Source: Sminthopsis crassicaudata
Taxonomy: Eukaryota
Length of the DNA: 64,000 nucleotides
Direction: 5' to 3'
Assembly: GCF_048593235.1 (NCBI RefSeq)
Contig: NC_133618.1
Coordinates: 148,579,162-148,643,161, forward strand
Positions 62,801 through 64,000 of the stretch are shown here, in pieces. The position numbers were made by a program, and so were the translations under genes. The notes beneath the pieces are model-generated. The model saw nothing but the letters and a program-made list of their open reading frames with translations, was not told the DNA's origin and did not search any database. The first letter of the stretch is position 1. Every line of letters starts with the position of its first letter.

Positions 62801-63918
62801 TTTTCTCTCTACTTGGTGGATCTGCCCTCCCCCAACTCACCCAATACCTGTATCTCTCATATTTCTGGATCATATGTAGGTATGGTCTGCTACTATTCTC
62901 TGCCTCTGCGAGAGCCTGCCTCCAGCGGTCAGCAGCCTCAGAGCCTGGGAAGCCTTCAGACAGGCCCCTCACTTGCTCTGGGATCTGGGTCACTTCCTCC
63001 TTCAGCTCTGCAAGGAGAGGGGTGAGATAACAATAACAAATACAGACTCACATTTCTGTTTTGCTTTAGCCCTGGAGCCTAAGTAGAAGGTATTTCTCTT
63101 TTTCATCCTCCTTATAGCATCCTGAATTTATCAAGGGAAAGCACCACCTCCCACCTTATATAAGTTTGCCAAGTACTTTCATATGCATTGTCTCACTCGG
63201 ACCTGATAAAATCCCTTCATGGATGATAAGCAGGATGGACATTATCCCCTTTTTATAAATGAGGAAACCAAGGATTGGAAGGGTCATGCTTGGTGAGGTC
63301 ACACACCTAATAGGGTGAAGAAGCTAGGAACAAAACCCCACAACGTTCTTTCTACCATTAGACATTATTCCACCCTTTGCTAATTCTCTCTAGAAAAATT
63401 TTTTCATAGGAGATCCTGTGGGAACTATGGCTCCATTGGCAGCTGGTCACTATGGCCTACAGAAATTCATGCGTCTCTAGGAAGGTAGGAGTAGGAGCCT
63501 TTCCAGGATCTTTTCTGGGGAAAGACAGCTCACCTTTAACTATATCTGCTGTTTCCACAGCTGTTAGAAGTGGGAGTGTATTGAAGGTGCTGTTATCCTA
63601 AAGAGGAGCAGAAGAGGAAGTCACTCCCTTTAGATCAGAGAGAATTGCTCCTGCCCCAGTTCTAAGAGTGCTGTTAGCTGAATCCAAGGACTTAAAGCAT
63701 TTTGTAGAAGGTCTCATCCAAGCCTGGAGACTTCTCCCCAAAAGCAAGAAGGTAAGACTAGGAAGATTCAGAACCAAGAAAAAAAGCACAGGAATTCCAT
63801 TTTCCTCGAGTCTAATCCCATTTTTCACCCCTAAGATACACACCTTCTGAACCATGTTGGAAAAATTAGCCTCTGGGACACCCTTCAACTTCTGGAGGAC
63901 ACCAATCACAGAAGGTAC
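46344..63918 (-). CDS. PROM2: Prominin-2, 5'-partial spliced CDS: 16 exons, 1530 nt, 509 aa + stop, starting [20 protein letters not shown] and ending [20 protein letters not shown]
   Basis: Exons join(63918-63844,63597-63534,63007-62848,62310-62158,61459-61336,60740-60649,60531-60447,57000-56854,52836-52765,51518-51426,50827-50774,50480-50400,50133-50065,47422-47333,46827-46721,46407-46344). All have AG/GT boundaries and compatible phases, with no internal stop. The translation is collinear with recalled human PROM2 from about residue 326 to the C-terminus, includes three hydrophobic TM segments, and sits next to KCNIP3 as in human. Upstream exons lie beyond 64000. Confidence 0.97.
46721..46827 (-). 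CDS. PROM2: PROM2 exon (about 22), 107 nt, contains TM5: [35 protein letters not shown](S)
   Basis: tttcag|AAT...TTAAG|gtgagc; phase 0/2. Confidence 0.98.
47333..47422 (-). CDS. PROM2: PROM2 exon (about 21), 90 nt: [30 protein letters not shown]
   Basis: ccacag|GTT...TGG|gtaagt; phase 0/0. Confidence 0.97.
47805..48070. repeat. GA/GACA-rich simple repeat in a PROM2 intron
   Basis: Seen directly. Confidence 0.9.
50065..50133 (-). CDS. PROM2: PROM2 exon (about 20), 69 nt: [23 protein letters not shown]
   Basis: tcacag|GAA...ATG|gtgagt; phase 0/0. Confidence 0.95.
50400..50480 (-). CDS. PROM2: PROM2 exon (about 19), 81 nt: [27 protein letters not shown]
   Basis: cctcag|CTG...AAT|gtgagt; phase 0/0. 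Confidence 0.92.
50774..50827 (-). CDS. PROM2: PROM2 exon (about 18), 54 nt: [18 protein letters not shown]
   Basis: aaacag|GCA...CAG|gtgctg; phase 0/0. Confidence 0.9.
51426..51518 (-). CDS. PROM2: PROM2 exon (about 17), 93 nt: [31 protein letters not shown]
   Basis: ctccag|ACT...GCG|gtgagt; phase 0/0. Confidence 0.94.
51590..51815 (-). mobile_element. MAR1-type CORE-SINE
   Basis: Reverse complement of the MAR1 motifs. Confidence 0.6.
51840..52130 (-). mobile_element. L1 3' end (antisense)
   Basis: Reverse complement of the sense L1 tail motifs. Confidence 0.75.
52765..52836 (-). CDS. PROM2: PROM2 exon (about 16), 72 nt: [24 protein letters not shown]
   Basis: cttcag|GTC...CAG|gtaagc; phase 0/0. 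Confidence 0.92.
53385..53730 (+). mobile_element. L1 3' end
   Basis: ccagagagagaactgtggag...aaagttggaacag...caataaaaag. Confidence 0.8.
55490..55585. repeat. TA-rich tract
   Basis: Seen directly. Confidence 0.85.
55787..55929 (-). mobile_element. Full-length young WSINE1-type CORE-SINE in a PROM2 intron, nested in L2
   Basis: Minus strand GGGGCAGCTAGGTGGTGCAGTGGCTAGCGCACCAGCCCTGAATTCAGGAGGACCCGAGTTCAAATC...; tRNA-like A/B boxes; TSD core tagcatac at 55779-55786 and 55930-55937; TT/AAAA site. Confidence 0.9.
56854..57000 (-). CDS. PROM2: PROM2 exon (about 15), 147 nt: [49 protein letters not shown]
   Basis: tcttag|TAT...CAG|gtgagc; phase 0/0. Confidence 0.95.
58330..58975 (+). mobile_element. 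L1 ORF2-end/3'UTR fragment
   Basis: ctttgatctagcaacagaactactaggtttatatcccaaa...gggaaaaggacccacatgtac matches 3660-3750. Confidence 0.8.
58976..59085. repeat. (GAG/GAA)-rich purine repeat at an L1 3' end
   Basis: Seen directly. Confidence 0.88.
59425..59620 (-). mobile_element. MAR1-type CORE-SINE
   Basis: ttgttgttgtttag...ggggctttcttggcaaaga...gaactcaggtcttcc. Confidence 0.6.
60447..60531 (-). CDS. PROM2: PROM2 exon (about 14), 85 nt: [28 protein letters not shown]
   Basis: tcctag|GCAG...AAG|gtaaga; phase 2/0. Confidence 0.96.
60649..60740 (-). CDS. PROM2: PROM2 exon (about 13), 92 nt: [30 protein letters not shown](Q)
   Basis: gtatag|TTT...TATCA|gtgagt; phase 0/2. Confidence 0.96.
61336..61459 (-). 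CDS. PROM2: PROM2 exon (about 12), 124 nt, contains TM4: [41 protein letters not shown]
   Basis: ccatag|GGGT...CAG|gtaagg; phase 2/0. Confidence 0.96.
62158..62310 (-). CDS. PROM2: PROM2 exon (about 11), 153 nt, contains TM3: [50 protein letters not shown](A)
   Basis: tggtag|GTGG...ATGGC|gtaagg; phase 2/2. Confidence 0.95.
62848..63007 (-). CDS. PROM2: PROM2 exon (about 10), 160 nt: (E)[52 protein letters not shown](R)
   Basis: ttgcag|AG...TACAG|gtattg; phase 1/2, required for frame with next exon. Confidence 0.93.
63534..63597 (-). CDS. PROM2: PROM2 exon (about 9), 64 nt: [21 protein letters not shown](E)
   Basis: ctttag|GAT...AAAG|gtgagc; phase 0/1. Confidence 0.93.
63844..63918 (-). CDS. 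PROM2: PROM2 exon (about human exon 8), 75 nt: [25 protein letters not shown]
   Basis: tttcag|GTA...AAG|gtgtgt; phase 0/0. Confidence 0.95.
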
Positions 63919-64000
63919 CTGAAATCAAAGTGACAGAAAATTCATAGAGGTAAATCCACTTCCCTTCCCCAAATCAACTTTGTCCTAAAAGTGTCTATGA

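Overview
This is mammalian genomic DNA with scaffold gaps, almost certainly from a marsupial. The WSINE1-type SINEs, MAR1, MIR, L2 and marsupial L1 3' ends suggest a dasyurid such as the Tasmanian devil; that assignment is inference. Two genes lie in tandem on the minus strand. (1) The 3' part of PROM2 (prominin-2): 16 coding exons from 63918 down to 46344, all with AG/GT ends and consistent phases, giving 509 codons plus stop and ending ...[12 protein letters not shown] 3'UTR intron and a probable terminal exon with AATAAA near 44600 follow. (2) The 5' end of KCNIP3 (KChIP3/DREAM/calsenilin): exon 1 encodes MQRAK at 18652-18638, followed by at least 18.6 kb of intron 1, with exon 2 not seen. 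The rest is intronic or intergenic and rich in L1, L2, SINEs, DNA-transposon relics, one solo LTR and simple repeats. I found no rRNA, true tRNA, CRISPR or prokaryotic features and no new multi-gene system. The best leads are regulatory or isoform-level: a candidate alternative KCNIP3 first exon with an MGxxxS myristoylation motif, a uORF in frame with the KCNIP3 start, a DRE-like site just inside intron 1, a competing frameshifting splice donor in PROM2, and a solo LTR retaining CCAAT, TATA and polyA motifs. Gene identities rest on my own translation and recalled human/mouse sequences, not a database search. Repeat family names and most repeat boundaries are approximate.
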